Positions 1 through 9,060 of a stretch of 43,686 nt of DNA are shown piece by piece. The position numbers and the translations under genes were made by a program. Positions within the stretch are counted from its first letter, which is position 1, and every line of letters starts with the position of its first letter. The notes beneath the pieces are model-generated. The model saw only the letters and a list, made by a program, of their open reading frames with translations, had not been told where the DNA came from and ran no database searches. This DNA comes from a virus (Duplodnaviria > Caudoviricetes), in IMG/VR virus record IMGVR_UViG_3300043485_000045, positions 1-43,686 of that record; one strand, given 5' to 3'.

Positions 1-15
1 CCAACTTTTTTTTTC

Positions 16-58
16 GCGCGCGCGAAAAGCGCGAAAAAGCGCGAATTGTGCGCGAAAT
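16..58. repeat. 43-bp perfect inverted repeat of 43644-43686 (candidate replication origin arm)
   Basis: GCGCGCGCGAAAAGCGCGAAAAAGCGCGAATTGTGCGCGAAAT is the exact reverse complement of the last 43 nt of the window. Confidence 0.95.
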
Positions 59-109
59 ATCAGCCATATGTCGTTATTGATTAAGCACATGCGATCACCA
101 AACCTGTTG

Positions 110-129
110 GCGCTTTTCGCGCGCGCCCC
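110..129. repeat. 20-bp inverted repeat of 43573-43592 (outer arm of candidate origin)
   Basis: GCGCTTTTCGCGCGCGCCCC is the reverse complement of GGGGCGCGCGCGAAAAGCGC. Confidence 0.9.
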
Positions 130-158
130 CTTAGGAAAGAAAAGCGTTTTTTTTGCCC

Positions 159-2672
159 TCAGTGCGGCCGTTTTTTCTTAATAAAGTACCGTCCCCTTTT
201 TCCCTTCTCGAGGGGTCCGTTTTGCTTCGCTAGGGCCTCAAGGGCTTGCCTTGCTTTGTCGGTTGATTGCCATGTCGGCCGGTTGGAATAATGCAGATCG
301 TGCGCGGAGATCGACCCCCCTCTCTCGCGGATTTGTTGGAGGAGCTGGTCCTGCTCGAAGGCAACCGGGTCCATTCGCCCCTTTCGATAGATGCGCTCTG
401 CTTCATTGGCAAACCATTCGGCCGTCGTGATCGCGTTTCGCATGTGATCGACTTCAACGACCTCAGCGTTCGTCAGTGATCCGAACGCTCGATCGCAAGT
501 AGCATAAATCAAAGCAAAGCGAGCGCAATATGCCTCCATCTTTCCAAGCATGGCTGCCATGTCTCCGCTGGCGGAATATTGGCGATCGCGCCATTTGAGC
601 AGCCAACCCTCCCAGATTTTCTTCGCGTCACCGGTCAAGCACATTTCCGTTGGCTTCCAGTCGGACGATAGCGTTGCTTCGTAGTCGAGCTGCTGGACGG
701 CATTCACGAGCTGGTGATACAGACCGGTTGTGGATCGATTCGGCGGTTCGTAACCTGTGTAGCGCACTTTGGGTGGCCACATCAGGAGAATTCTGCCGAT
801 CATGCCGGACTCGAACATCGCATCGCACGCAATCTTGAACCAGATTTTAGGTTGAATCCCCCCGCAGAGACAGACGCTAAGTCGGTCAATATGGAGGTGC
901 GTCTCGTCTCCCGTTTTGCGGTCATAATCCCATGACTTAGCGTTGAAAGCGCTAAGCCAAAATGATTCGTCCGATCCTCCCCCGGATTTTGCGTACCTTC
1001 CGAGCGAGGAAAAAAACAGACGGTTCTCGTCGAGTGGCAAAAACAAATTCCTTGGATTGATTGCTTGCTCTCGTATGAATGTTTCTACGGTGATATCCAT
1101 GGCCGTTGCCCTGCGCTTCTTTGGCTCGATTGGCTTGCAGAGCAACGTGTCGGTGCTTTTTTCGCCGTTGTTCTTGGCGATCCTCGCGAGATATTGTTCG
1201 AACTGCTCATTGAATTCTGCCCTTGCATCCTTGTATTCCTTCAGCAGTTTCGAATTCCATTCGGTTGTCGGCTTAACGGCAGCCTCAAGCGCAGCGGACT
1301 TTCTGACCGAAGCCTCACATATTAAGTTGGCAAAGACGTTGCTCGGCTCGACCCAAGTTTCGTTCAGCCGTATGACGCGCGACGTTCCGATTGCAGCGGC
1401 TACGGTAGTTAGAGCGAAAAGCGCCATGGCAGCGGGCTTAATCGTGAGAGCTTTGCCGTATTCAATTGCGAAGTTTCCTATGATCGGCGGCAACGCGTTA
1501 ATTGGGAATTCGACCCAATCGAGCTCATTGTCTTCCTCTTGCACCGGCTCGGGCAGCTCGTCTTCGCCCTCGTGCGCGTCCCCGCGATTTACGGACGGGT
1601 CTGTCTCGCCAGTGGCGGCCGTCACGACATCCGCAATGACCTGGCGAGCTTCTGCAGCCGCGACGACTTCGACGATGCCGCCGGCACTGAGGGCATCGTC
1701 GATGCCTTTGAAGTTTTCAGGCCAGCGCTCGAACTCGACGATGAAGCCTTCGTCGATCAATCCGCGTGCGCAGGTATCGAGGGCGCGGGCCACGGCCGGA
1801 TTGGTGCGCATGTCTCCGTCGAACGCCAGGCGGACGATTTCACAACCGAGCGCTTTGAGGATCGCGACGGCCGGCCTCCACGTGCCGACGCCGGCGACGG
1901 AGATCGTGGGCAGATTGCTCCACGAAAACGCGACGTCGGCCTTGAGCTCCCCTTCCGTCAGACGCACGACTTTACACGGCGCGTTGATGCCCTTGGGAAC
2001 GTGCGCGGGAGCGCCCGGGCCGGCGCCGGCATATTTGACGCTGGACATGGCGGAGTAGCGCGGCTCGCCTTCGTCCTTGCGAATCTTGATTGCAACGATG
2101 CGCCCGATGACATCGCGCACCGGGATCAACAGACCGATCGAGCCGGCGATCGATAGGTAACGGCCGCGGTCCCCTTCCCTACGGCAGAAGCCTGGGACGC
2201 GCATAATTTCATTCCCGAACCGCTCATGCAGTTCGCGCGCGAGGCGCGATCGGCCTTCCTTGGGCAACGTGCGATATCCGCGGTGATCGATTTCGGAATC
2301 GTTCAGACCGCGGTTTTGCAAGTTGCTTCGATGGGCCTGAGAGAGGCTCAAATTGGCGAGCATGGCGGAATAGACGGCATGCAAAATTTCTGCATCGGCA
2401 AGAAGGACGTTGGCAGCTGGAACCGGCGGCGGCAGCGATGCCGAGCTGCTGATCGCGTCGAGGCGGTGGAGATAAACGTAGCGGCCGTTTTTGTCGGCAT
2501 CGCTTTTGAAAGCGCCTTGCTCGACCTTGCGGCACGCGATCACGCTGCCATCTTCGGAAAAAGAGCAATCGCCGAACCGCTTGCAAATCGGGCATGGGTG
2601 CGAACGTGTTGTCCTTCGCCATTGTCCTGGAGAAGAAAAAGAAGAAGAAGAATAGTCGGTTTTATTATTCAT
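159..2672 (-). CDS. Phage primase (Zn finger + TOPRIM/DUF3854-like) fused to DUF3987/YfjI-type domain
   Basis: CPIC..C..C zinc finger; TOPRIM motifs LTEGELKAD and LAFDGD..KGIDD; C-terminal FPINALP..EASVRKS..DITVE..DE..GGIQP..GRIL typical of DUF3987. Confidence 0.8.
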   Translation of the reverse strand: MNNKTDYSSSSFSSPGQWRRTTRSHPCPICKRFGDCSFSEDGSVIACRKVEQGAFKSDADKNGRYVYLHRLDAISSSASLPPPVPAANVLLADAEILHAVYSAMLANLSLSQAHRSNLQNRGLNDSEIDHRGYRTLPKEGRSRLARELHERFGNEIMRVPGFCRREGDRGRYLSIAGSIGLLIPVRDVIGRIVAIKIRKDEGEPRYSAMSSVKYAGAGPGAPAHVPKGINAPCKVVRLTEGELKADVAFSWSNLPTISVAGVGTWRPAVAILKALGCEIVRLAFDGDMRTNPAVARALDTCARGLIDEGFIVEFERWPENFKGIDDALSAGGIVEVVAAAEARQVIADVVTAATGETDPSVNRGDAHEGEDELPEPVQEEDNELDWVEFPINALPPIIGNFAIEYGKALTIKPAAMALFALTTVAAAIGTSRVIRLNETWVEPSNVFANLICEASVRKSAALEAAVKPTTEWNSKLLKEYKDARAEFNEQFEQYLARIAKNNGEKSTDTLLCKPIEPKKRRATAMDITVETFIREQAINPRNLFLPLDENRLFFSSLGRYAKSGGGSDESFWLSAFNAKSWDYDRKTGDETHLHIDRLSVCLCGGIQPKIWFKIACDAMFESGMIGRILLMWPPKVRYTGYEPPNRSTTGLYHQLVNAVQQLDYEATLSSDWKPTEMCLTGDAKKIWEGWLLKWRDRQYSASGDMAAMLGKMEAYCARFALIYATCDRAFGSLTNAEVVEVDHMRNAITTAEWFANEAERIYRKGRMDPVAFEQDQLLQQIRERGGSISAHDLHYSNRPTWQSTDKARQALEALAKQNGPLEKGKRGRYFIKKKRPH

Positions 2673-2801
2673 AGAGCAAGATCCTTCCTGCCATCGTTTC
2701 GACGGCGGACTTTTTTGTACGGCTGTACAGTGATTTCTTTATGTTTAGGACCGGAGCGTTTTGCTACTAAGGCGATTCTCTTATAGAGGCTCTTGGATAG
2801 G

Positions 2802-2831
2802 GCCGGGCGGCGCGGCTCGGCGCCGCCCGGC
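2802..2831. other. 12-bp GC-rich hairpin upstream of primase gene
   Basis: GCCGGGCGGCGC / GCGCCGCCCGGC with a 6-nt loop; no clear U-tract. Confidence 0.5.
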
Positions 2832-2838
2832 GGGTCGG

Positions 2839-3237
2839 CTACTCGGTATCGCTGCTTTCGGCGTGTCCAGCTGCAGCGGCTCGTTTGTCTAAAACGTGAA
2901 TCCAGTCGGCCAGGCCCATCAGCGATCGGAGAAGGCCTTCGCGCTCTTCGGTCGATGCCACGGCCATGGCATCCGGATTGAGCGTGTGGTTTACGAGCGT
3001 CTGATGCACGTCGTCGAGGAGGGGACGCAATCGGTCCAGAAGCAAGTCAGGATCCTCGGCAAGGAACTTGTCGCGGAGTAACCGATTCGCGACGGATGAT
3101 GCATAGGGTTCGAGCTCCTTCACGAATTCCTTCATCAGTTCGTCCATCGTGCCGTTTTCGGTCATAGGAATCAACCAATCCAAGATCAGCTCGCGCGCCT
3201 GCTCGGGACACACGCGCACCATCAGTGCGGATGACAT
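2839..3237 (-). CDS. Hypothetical protein
   Basis: 132 aa, GAGGA RBS, protein-like composition, co-oriented with the operon. Confidence 0.7.
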   Translation of the reverse strand: MSSALMVRVCPEQARELILDWLIPMTENGTMDELMKEFVKELEPYASSVANRLLRDKFLAEDPDLLLDRLRPLLDDVHQTLVNHTLNPDAMAVASTEEREGLLRSLMGLADWIHVLDKRAAAAGHAESSDTE

Positions 3238-3311
3238 GGGAAAATCCTCTTACGCGGCCGCCTCGATGAAGTGGCCGCGTGAAATGGAGAAGGGATTAAG
3301 ACGCAAGACGA

Positions 3312-3662
3312 TTAGATGGCGCCACTGGCCAAGAGCCGTTCCAAGCTTTCGAGTCGCTTGAGCGCTTGCTCACACGGCGCGAGATCGATCGGCCGGCAAG
3401 CGAGCGCTTGATTCAAGAGAGCAAGCGCATCGAAGCAAGGAAGATAGGCCGATTCGTATTCTTCGAATATTTCTGCATCGAAGCGGCGGCAGAGCGCATC
3501 GAGTTCGTCGCGAACTTGCACGACGAACACGGCGTTGATGCGAAGCTTGGATGCGAGGATTCGAGTGAGAAATGGCCGAAGGGTGGAAATGGATTCGTGC
3601 AAGGCCATCACGATCGGATGGCGCAAGAGGGCTTCCGGTTCTCGGGTGTCTTGCCAACTCAT
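3312..3662 (-). CDS. Hypothetical protein
   Basis: 116 aa; ATGA overlap with the upstream ORF. Confidence 0.7.
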   Translation of the reverse strand: MSWQDTREPEALLRHPIVMALHESISTLRPFLTRILASKLRINAVFVVQVRDELDALCRRFDAEIFEEYESAYLPCFDALALLNQALACRPIDLAPCEQALKRLESLERLLASGAI

Positions 3663-3829
3663 CGCGCACCGCCTTTCGCGGCGGGCTTGCGCGGGCTGGG
3701 TCGAGGTTTGCCATTGGGCCGCGGCTTGCGCGGTGTCTGCACCTTGCTCTTGCGTTGGACGTGTTTGGCGGGATAGAAACGATGCGAGCTTCGCAACGCG
3801 CGAAGCTCTCCATATATGGTGAAGCGCAT
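3659..3829 (-). CDS. Small basic protein (MRFTIYG...), first gene of the replication operon; Icd/Ash-like position
   Basis: ATG at 3829 after AAAGGGAAG; translationally coupled to the next ORF; ends KGGAR, as many such phage peptides do. Confidence 0.55.
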   Translation of the reverse strand: MRFTIYGELRALRSSHRFYPAKHVQRKSKVQTPRKPRPNGKPRPSPRKPAAKGGAR

Positions 3830-3974
3830 GGCTTCCCTTTCGTGATCAAGCTGGCCTTGCCTGCTTCGCACAGTCCTCATCGGCACCATGCCAATGTGAG
3901 ATAGGAGTTGCGATTGGCTCTTAGGCAGCGGGTGCAAGACCGCGGCCGAAGATTGGCCTAACTTGTCGGGGTTG

Positions 3975-4002
3975 ATATTAGCCGACTGCTGCGCGGAATC
4001 AA
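3975..4002 (-). promoter_or_regulatory. Sigma70-type promoter for the replication operon, followed by two tandem small hairpins (c4 a1/b1-like)
   Basis: TTGATT-16 bp-TAATAT; leader GGCC-AATCTTC-GGCC then GCGG-TCTTGCAC-CCGC. Confidence 0.55.
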
Positions 4003-4012
4003 GAGAAATTTC

Positions 4013-5698
4013 TTATTGGAAGAGTTCTTCGCTCGCGCGGATCGGATGCGATCGCGTGATCAGCTCCAGTGTGCGCAGCCGTCCCAGCGCGTTCTTGAAC
4101 CCGCCGCTATCGCGCGAATAGCCTGTGCGTTCCGCTAAGTTGTCGAGCAAAAGGCCTTCGGGATAAACTGCGGTCAACGCACTGAGAACGGCCTTTTCGC
4201 ACTTTGGCAATTCATTGAGCCAATGGCGGCGGAGCTCCTCGCCCGTTGGCAATGGAGTGTATTCGCCCAGCGCGGCCAGGCCGTCTTGCGTGATGCGAAT
4301 CGGATGGTCCCTCGTGATGAAGTTTGCGGATCGCAGTTTTCCGAGTGAATTCTTGAATCCTCCGGATGTGACGGAGTATTGCGTGAGCAGTGCGATTTGC
4401 ACCATCGATCGGCCCCGGGGATACTGAGCGAGGGCAGTCAAGATGGCGCGCTCGCATCGGCCGAGCACGCCGTTGCCGGCGATGCCACCAGGTTCGGCGA
4501 TGCGTGTGGGAGTCGGCTCTGTGACCCGTCGATGTTGAGCCGCATCAGCTGGCGCCGTCGAGGTTGGCGATGGGGCACGCGATGCGGGTTTCGTTGCTTG
4601 GCCAATTGCCTCGACTAGGCCGCCGGCCATCTCGCGAAACTGATTCGACGCGGTCTCGATCTTCGTTACGATGGTCAAGGCCTTTTCCAGTTGACCATTT
4701 TTCAAAACGGGAACTTCGATACGCTCAGGCGCAACGGCCGGGCGTTCACGCAGTTGGCGTTCCAATTCGGCGATGCGTCTCCGCAATTCGCGTGGATCGT
4801 TTTCCTTGGCCTTCTCCACCGTTGCTTTGATTTCGTCCCCGAGCTGCGCGAGGTCGATTTCCGCCACGACTTTTGGCACGATCAATTTCTTGCCGACTTC
4901 CGGCGTGGCGCTGCTGTCGTACGTCGTGCGCATCCGAAACTTCACGCGCTTGAATAGGTCAAGCCAAACGGACCATACCCAGCCTTCGCCCGTTTCGAGC
5001 GTGGCGAGGCTTTCCATCATCTGAGCGGATCGCTCGGGCGTTCCGTGTGCATCGGTCCATTCCTCGATCGCTTTGCGGTCATGCGGTCCGACAATCCGCA
5101 TGGCGACAAGCGTTGCGCATTGGGTGCGGATATTCGTGTTGACCAGGGCAGGCCGTTGCGAAATGATCGTCAAGCCAAGGCCGCGGCGGCGCCCTTGGAG
5201 AATGATGTCCTCCATTGCGCCCAAAAGCCGGGCGACGTCGGGAAAGGGTTTTTGCGGTGCGATGGTGTGCGCCTCGTCGACAAAGAAGTGCAGCGCCTCG
5301 CGATTGCGATGATAGAGCGTCTCGCAAAAATCCTGCATGAATCGGTTGCGCGCACCCTTGCGCAAAAGGCTGACGTCGAGGATGGCAGGACAGCGGCGAT
5401 CGACGATTACCTTGGCAACCGTTTCACCGGCCCCTTCCTCCAGCGGTACGTCGGGATGCTCTCCACCGAAAATGACGACGGGGTAGCCGGCATGCTTCCC
5501 GTCTGCCGAGGTCTTAAGTCCGAACCAGGCGCCCGTCGGGTCGTAGACGACGATCGGTTGACCGGCTCGCAACATTTCTTCGGCCAACACGGTGGCGGTG
5601 TGGGTTTTGCCGGATCCGCGGATGCCCATGATGGCGAAGGTCTGCGTGATTGCTTCCAATGGCAGAGTAAGCTTCTCGGAGATCTTGAGGGAATGCAT
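4013..5698 (-). CDS. HerA/DUF87-family P-loop ATPase with duplicated C-terminal winged-helix repeats
   Basis: Walker A GIRGSGKT, Walker B FFVDEAH, QGRRRG and SQRP motifs; two repeats of CE.A.L.AL..YP.G..GGFKN.LG.LR. Confidence 0.85.
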   Translation of the reverse strand: MHSLKISEKLTLPLEAITQTFAIMGIRGSGKTHTATVLAEEMLRAGQPIVVYDPTGAWFGLKTSADGKHAGYPVVIFGGEHPDVPLEEGAGETVAKVIVDRRCPAILDVSLLRKGARNRFMQDFCETLYHRNREALHFFVDEAHTIAPQKPFPDVARLLGAMEDIILQGRRRGLGLTIISQRPALVNTNIRTQCATLVAMRIVGPHDRKAIEEWTDAHGTPERSAQMMESLATLETGEGWVWSVWLDLFKRVKFRMRTTYDSSATPEVGKKLIVPKVVAEIDLAQLGDEIKATVEKAKENDPRELRRRIAELERQLRERPAVAPERIEVPVLKNGQLEKALTIVTKIETASNQFREMAGGLVEAIGQATKPASRAPSPTSTAPADAAQHRRVTEPTPTRIAEPGGIAGNGVLGRCERAILTALAQYPRGRSMVQIALLTQYSVTSGGFKNSLGKLRSANFITRDHPIRITQDGLAALGEYTPLPTGEELRRHWLNELPKCEKAVLSALTAVYPEGLLLDNLAERTGYSRDSGGFKNALGRLRTLELITRSHPIRASEELFQ

Positions 5699-5710
5699 GT
5701 GTTCGTCCTT

Positions 5711-6538
5711 TCAATGTGACGTCGCAGCGGCGTGTGACTCGGCTGGCGTGACTCGCCGGCGGCGGCGCGAAACCCGTTGGCGACATGCCATGCCCGCCGT
5801 TTGTTGCTTTCCTGTGACTTGACGGCCACAACCGCAAGCGCAGACGGTGATGTTCCGCGGATCGTGCAAATCGAATTGGATCGCGTTTGCAACGGCTCTC
5901 CCCATTGGAATAGGGACGCCGTTTCCAACGGCGCGATAACGGCCGGCCTGCGTGAAGTAAGGCAATTGGAAATCTTCAGGCAATCCTTGCAACGCACAGA
6001 ACGTATCCCAGCCGCGGCGGTTTTGTCGCGTGCCTTCCGAAGCGATGCAGCACCGTTCGATTTGACGCGGGTCGAGGGAGGCTCGTTGCACGCACAGCAC
6101 TTGGTTCCAGAGGCTTCCGAATTGGAAATGACGCGGCCGGTTCTGCGCGAGGCCAAATTCGCGGGCGTTCAGGTCGATGCGTTGATGGGTATATCCCTCG
6201 ATGTTGACGTCGGGAACGGTGGGCACGTTTTCCAAAAGCCACCAATGCGGCTCGGCTTCGTGCACGATGCGAACGAATTCTCGAATCATCTCGAGAGAAT
6301 GGCCAGTGGACGGCGATCGGCGGGCCCGCGAGAAATCTTGGCAAGGGCTTCCGCCGATGATGCCCTCGAATCGTTTCGGTGCATGAAAGGTTCGCACGTC
6401 GCCCGTTCCGATCGCTGGATCCGGCCCGCGGACCACGCAGAAGCCTTCCAACTCGAAGGCTCTGCCTAACAGGTCGATGCCCGGGAAAAGCGACAAGACA
6501 AGCTCGGGCGGCCGAATGGCGAGGGGAGATGGTTTCAA
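5711..6538 (-). CDS. DNA (cytosine-5)-methyltransferase (orphan)
   Basis: Motif I LSLFPGI, catalytic GGSPCQDFS, motif VI ENV, QNRPR, AVGNGV; C-terminal CACGC tail. Confidence 0.9.
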   Translation of the reverse strand: MKPSPLAIRPPELVLSLFPGIDLLGRAFELEGFCVVRGPDPAIGTGDVRTFHAPKRFEGIIGGSPCQDFSRARRSPSTGHSLEMIREFVRIVHEAEPHWWLLENVPTVPDVNIEGYTHQRIDLNAREFGLAQNRPRHFQFGSLWNQVLCVQRASLDPRQIERCCIASEGTRQNRRGWDTFCALQGLPEDFQLPYFTQAGRYRAVGNGVPIPMGRAVANAIQFDLHDPRNITVCACGCGRQVTGKQQTAGMACRQRVSRRRRRVTPAESHAAATSH

Positions 6539-6601
6539 GAAATGGCCTCCAATGTGCCAGGACCTGGTGTGACAGGTCCTGGCACGGTCACGCCAGCTCG
6601 G

Positions 6602-6898
6602 TCACGTCGCGGCGTCGAATTGGGCGTCGAAGCCGGTCTCCAGTTGCCTCGCAATTCCGGGGCTGCTTTCGTCCATTGCTTTGATCCATTGATCGAGGAT
6701 TGCACGCATTTCCTTCGCGCACTCCCCGTTGTTGGCTGGGTGGCGCAATGCCAATTGACATTGGGCGATCACAGTGATGGCCAGGGTGAATGGCATATTC
6801 ATCGTGAAGTAGCCGTGCTTTCGCTGCAGGTGATCGCAATGTGCGGCAAGCGCATCCGGGCTCGGCTCGAACTTCGTTGGCAGAACGGTTGATCGCAT
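6602..6898 (-). CDS. Hypothetical protein
   Basis: GAGGAG RBS before ATG at 6898; 98 aa. Confidence 0.7.
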   Translation of the reverse strand: MRSTVLPTKFEPSPDALAAHCDHLQRKHGYFTMNMPFTLAITVIAQCQLALRHPANNGECAKEMRAILDQWIKAMDESSPGIARQLETGFDAQFDAAT

Positions 6899-6983
6899 GG
6901 TGTGACTCCTCGGTGAATGTGACTGCACGTCGAATCACGCCGGCGGCCGCTCATGGACGGCCGCCGGCGCGAGGGTTGGCGGG

Positions 6984-7151
6984 TTAGCGAACGGCACAAG
7001 AGCCGCCGCCGGCGTTGCTGGGTTGAACTTGCGAGGAACAGCCGCCGCGGCGGGAATCCCTCCTTTCGCGGATCCGCTGGCGCAGGCCTGCTTCCGCGTA
7101 GGTTCCCCACATCAGGGCAAGGATGATGACGGCCGACCAAATCTTGTACAT
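6984..7151 (-). CDS. Small putative secreted peptide
   Basis: AGGAGG RBS; MYKIWSAVIILALMWGTYAEA signal-like N-terminus. Confidence 0.6.
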   Translation of the reverse strand: MYKIWSAVIILALMWGTYAEAGLRQRIRERRDSRRGGCSSQVQPSNAGGGSCAVR

Positions 7152-7354
7152 ACCAAACCTCCTTGAAAAAAAACGGGCGAATCGTGACTGCTCAATCGCT
7201 GTGACGGTCCGGACTGTCACGGCGTTTGATTCCTCCGCGCCGGCTGAACCCATGACGTGGGCCGTGTGCGGGCCTTCGTCGCGTTTCCCAGTTCAGCCGG
7301 CGCTTCTCTTGCGCGAGGCAGAAAGGCCTGCCTCGCTTGCCTCTTCTCGTTTCA

Positions 7355-7642
7355 TTAAGCTGCCGATGCCGCGGTCTCCACGTTGCCTTCGCTGGCCTTC
7401 GCGATCTGGTAGGGCATCCAGGTGCAATAGCCCATGCCTGTCGGCGGATTTTCATCTCCGTCTTGCAACAACGGAATCGACGTGGGCGGATCCACCATCG
7501 CGTTGCCGTTTCGAAGGAAGATCGCGAGATTCACCATGCGATCGTTGAAGATGTGCACGATCACGGCGGCCAGGGGTTGATCGTGAAGCAGCCGGCCGGG
7601 CGGATAGTACCAAACCGGGCGGCCAACAGTTGGCTTGATCAT
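7355..7642 (-). CDS. Conserved-looking phage hypothetical protein
   Basis: GAGGAG RBS; KPTVGRPVWYYP..AAVIVH..VNLAIF pattern resembles a common small phage protein. Confidence 0.75.
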   Translation of the reverse strand: MIKPTVGRPVWYYPPGRLLHDQPLAAVIVHIFNDRMVNLAIFLRNGNAMVDPPTSIPLLQDGDENPPTGMGYCTWMPYQIAKASEGNVETAASAA

Positions 7643-7670
7643 GCGAGACTCCTCATAGGTTTGCGGGCGA

Positions 7671-7892
7671 TCAGGTTTTCTTCGGCTTCCTTTTGCCGCG
7701 GCGAGCGTTGGCTCGCTGGCGTTCTTTTTCGACTCGATTCACGAGGGACGGGCTAGCGTGGCAGGCCATCAACAAATGCACCAGTCCGGCGGCCAGGATT
7801 TCGCTTTTCGACCGGAATTGAAAGTGCTTTTGAATTTCCTTGATGGCGGCCCATTCGGCTCGGGTCGTTCGGTACGCGATGATTCGGCTCAT
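7671..7892 (-). CDS. Hypothetical basic protein (possible ribbon-helix-helix DNA-binding)
   Basis: 73 aa, AAGGA RBS, beta-helix-helix-like pattern. Confidence 0.55.
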   Translation of the reverse strand: MSRIIAYRTTRAEWAAIKEIQKHFQFRSKSEILAAGLVHLLMACHASPSLVNRVEKERQRANARRGKRKPKKT

Positions 7893-7904
7893 GCGCAGGT
7901 CCTT

Positions 7905-8723
7905 TCATGCACCGTCGGCTGCACCGGTGAGATCTGCGATACCAGCTGCCATCGCCTCTTCGACCGTTACGCGATCGACCTGGATCAATGCCGCGGCAAT
8001 GGCCTGGCGCTCGATGGTCGGCATCTTGAGGAATTTCGCGGTCCAGCGTTTTTGGCGGCGTTTGATGCGTTCGCGTTCACGGAAGTTCTGGCCTGCCCAG
8101 CGCGAATCGTGCAGGAGGCGTGGCGCGGGGAAATTGCACCAAAGGCATTCGGTGCGCAGGCCTCCGCGCGTCATGGCCGGGATCTTGACCAGGCGCCATC
8201 GCTTCAAGAGCTTGGCGTAGAGCTTGGTCATGTATCCGCTGATCATCACCATGCACGGTAGGGATAGTGCGATCTTGAGCAAGATTTGATGCGACTCGGG
8301 TTCCTCGAACTCGGCATCGTAGAGCAACCGTGTTCGCACTTCACGCATATAGGGCGGATCGATATAGACGAGCGTCTTCGCGTCCACCATCGCGGGATGT
8401 GTCGGTAGGAAGGCGACAGCGTCTTCGTGCAGGACCTGGACGGATCCTTCCTCGCCTCGGCTGACGATGTACGATCGCAGGTGATCGCACGTCTTGGGGT
8501 CGGCGTCGAGAAGAAGCGACTTCGCGGCGCGCCGTTTCTTTCGGAACACGGCGGCGTATCCGGCGAAAGCTTCGACGTACGTTTCGTGCGGCGGCATCTC
8601 GCGAATGATGCGTTCAGCAACGCCAGATGCGGCTTTGCTTCCCTGGTAACCGGTCATGTCAGGAGGTGGGGATTTTGGGAGCTTGGATTTGGCCGAAGGG
8701 ATGGGCAGAGTGATAGCAGGCAT
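7905..8723 (-). CDS. DNA N6-adenine methyltransferase (Dam/D12 class, orphan)
   Basis: YQGSK, YVEAFAG SAM-binding motif, catalytic YIDPPY, VMISGY, TECLW. Confidence 0.9.
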   Translation of the reverse strand: MPAITLPIPSAKSKLPKSPPPDMTGYQGSKAASGVAERIIREMPPHETYVEAFAGYAAVFRKKRRAAKSLLLDADPKTCDHLRSYIVSRGEEGSVQVLHEDAVAFLPTHPAMVDAKTLVYIDPPYMREVRTRLLYDAEFEEPESHQILLKIALSLPCMVMISGYMTKLYAKLLKRWRLVKIPAMTRGGLRTECLWCNFPAPRLLHDSRWAGQNFRERERIKRRQKRWTAKFLKMPTIERQAIAAALIQVDRVTVEEAMAAGIADLTGAADGA

Positions 8724-8914
8724 GGCGGCGCCTCGCCGTGACCGCTGCGCTTTGTCTCGCTCGCAAGCCTCACCGGCAACGGGCCGGCGTGAGATAAGGA
8801 TTTGCGCGAACTCCCTTGGTTTGACATGTCTCGAAGGTGCAAGTCAACGAAACATTCAAGGGTAGCGGCTAGCTGGTCGATGCAATTGTAAGCATCTCGC
8901 GACGAACATCAACC

Positions 8915-8971
8915 AAAAAAAAAGTGGGCCGGGCATCAGTGAGGATCTCAACCTCACCAACGCACCGGCCC
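8915..8971 (-). terminator. Intrinsic terminator downstream of the attP tRNA fragment
   Basis: GGGCCGG..GTGAGG / CCTCAC..CCGGCCC stem followed by T9 on the minus strand. Confidence 0.6.
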
Positions 8972-9017
8972 CTAAAGAAGCCAAGCAGAAGAGCCTTGCA
9001 CAGCCGACTGCCGGGCA

Positions 9018-9060
9018 GTCGGGGTGACTGGATTCGAACCAGCGACCTCTTGGTCCCGAA
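9018..9060 (-). other. attP core: 3' half of tRNA-Pro(CGG)
   Basis: Minus strand TTCGGGACCAAGAGGTCGCTGGTTCGAATCCAGTCACCCCGAC gives the anticodon loop, T-arm GGTTCGAATCC and acceptor 3' strand; no 5' half; ~130 bp from the integrase. Confidence 0.9.

Noticed and set aside
1-58. N15-type linear phage-plasmid telomere
   Set aside because: No recognisable protelomerase or partition genes, and the palindrome has a 15-nt asymmetric spacer; kept only as an alternative hypothesis
943-2058. Long + strand ORFs (also 16371-17780, 22942-24411, 25691-27028, 28129-29280)
   Set aside because: Antisense shadows of well-supported minus-strand genes in GC-rich DNA; no motifs
4013-8723. DISARM/BREX/restriction-modification defence system
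   Set aside because: No restriction endonuclease or core system genes; the PLD gene is in the packaging operon far away; orphan MTases are common in phages
9018-9060. Functional tRNA-Pro gene
   Set aside because: Only the 3' half is present; there is no D-arm or 5' acceptor strand, so it is called attP
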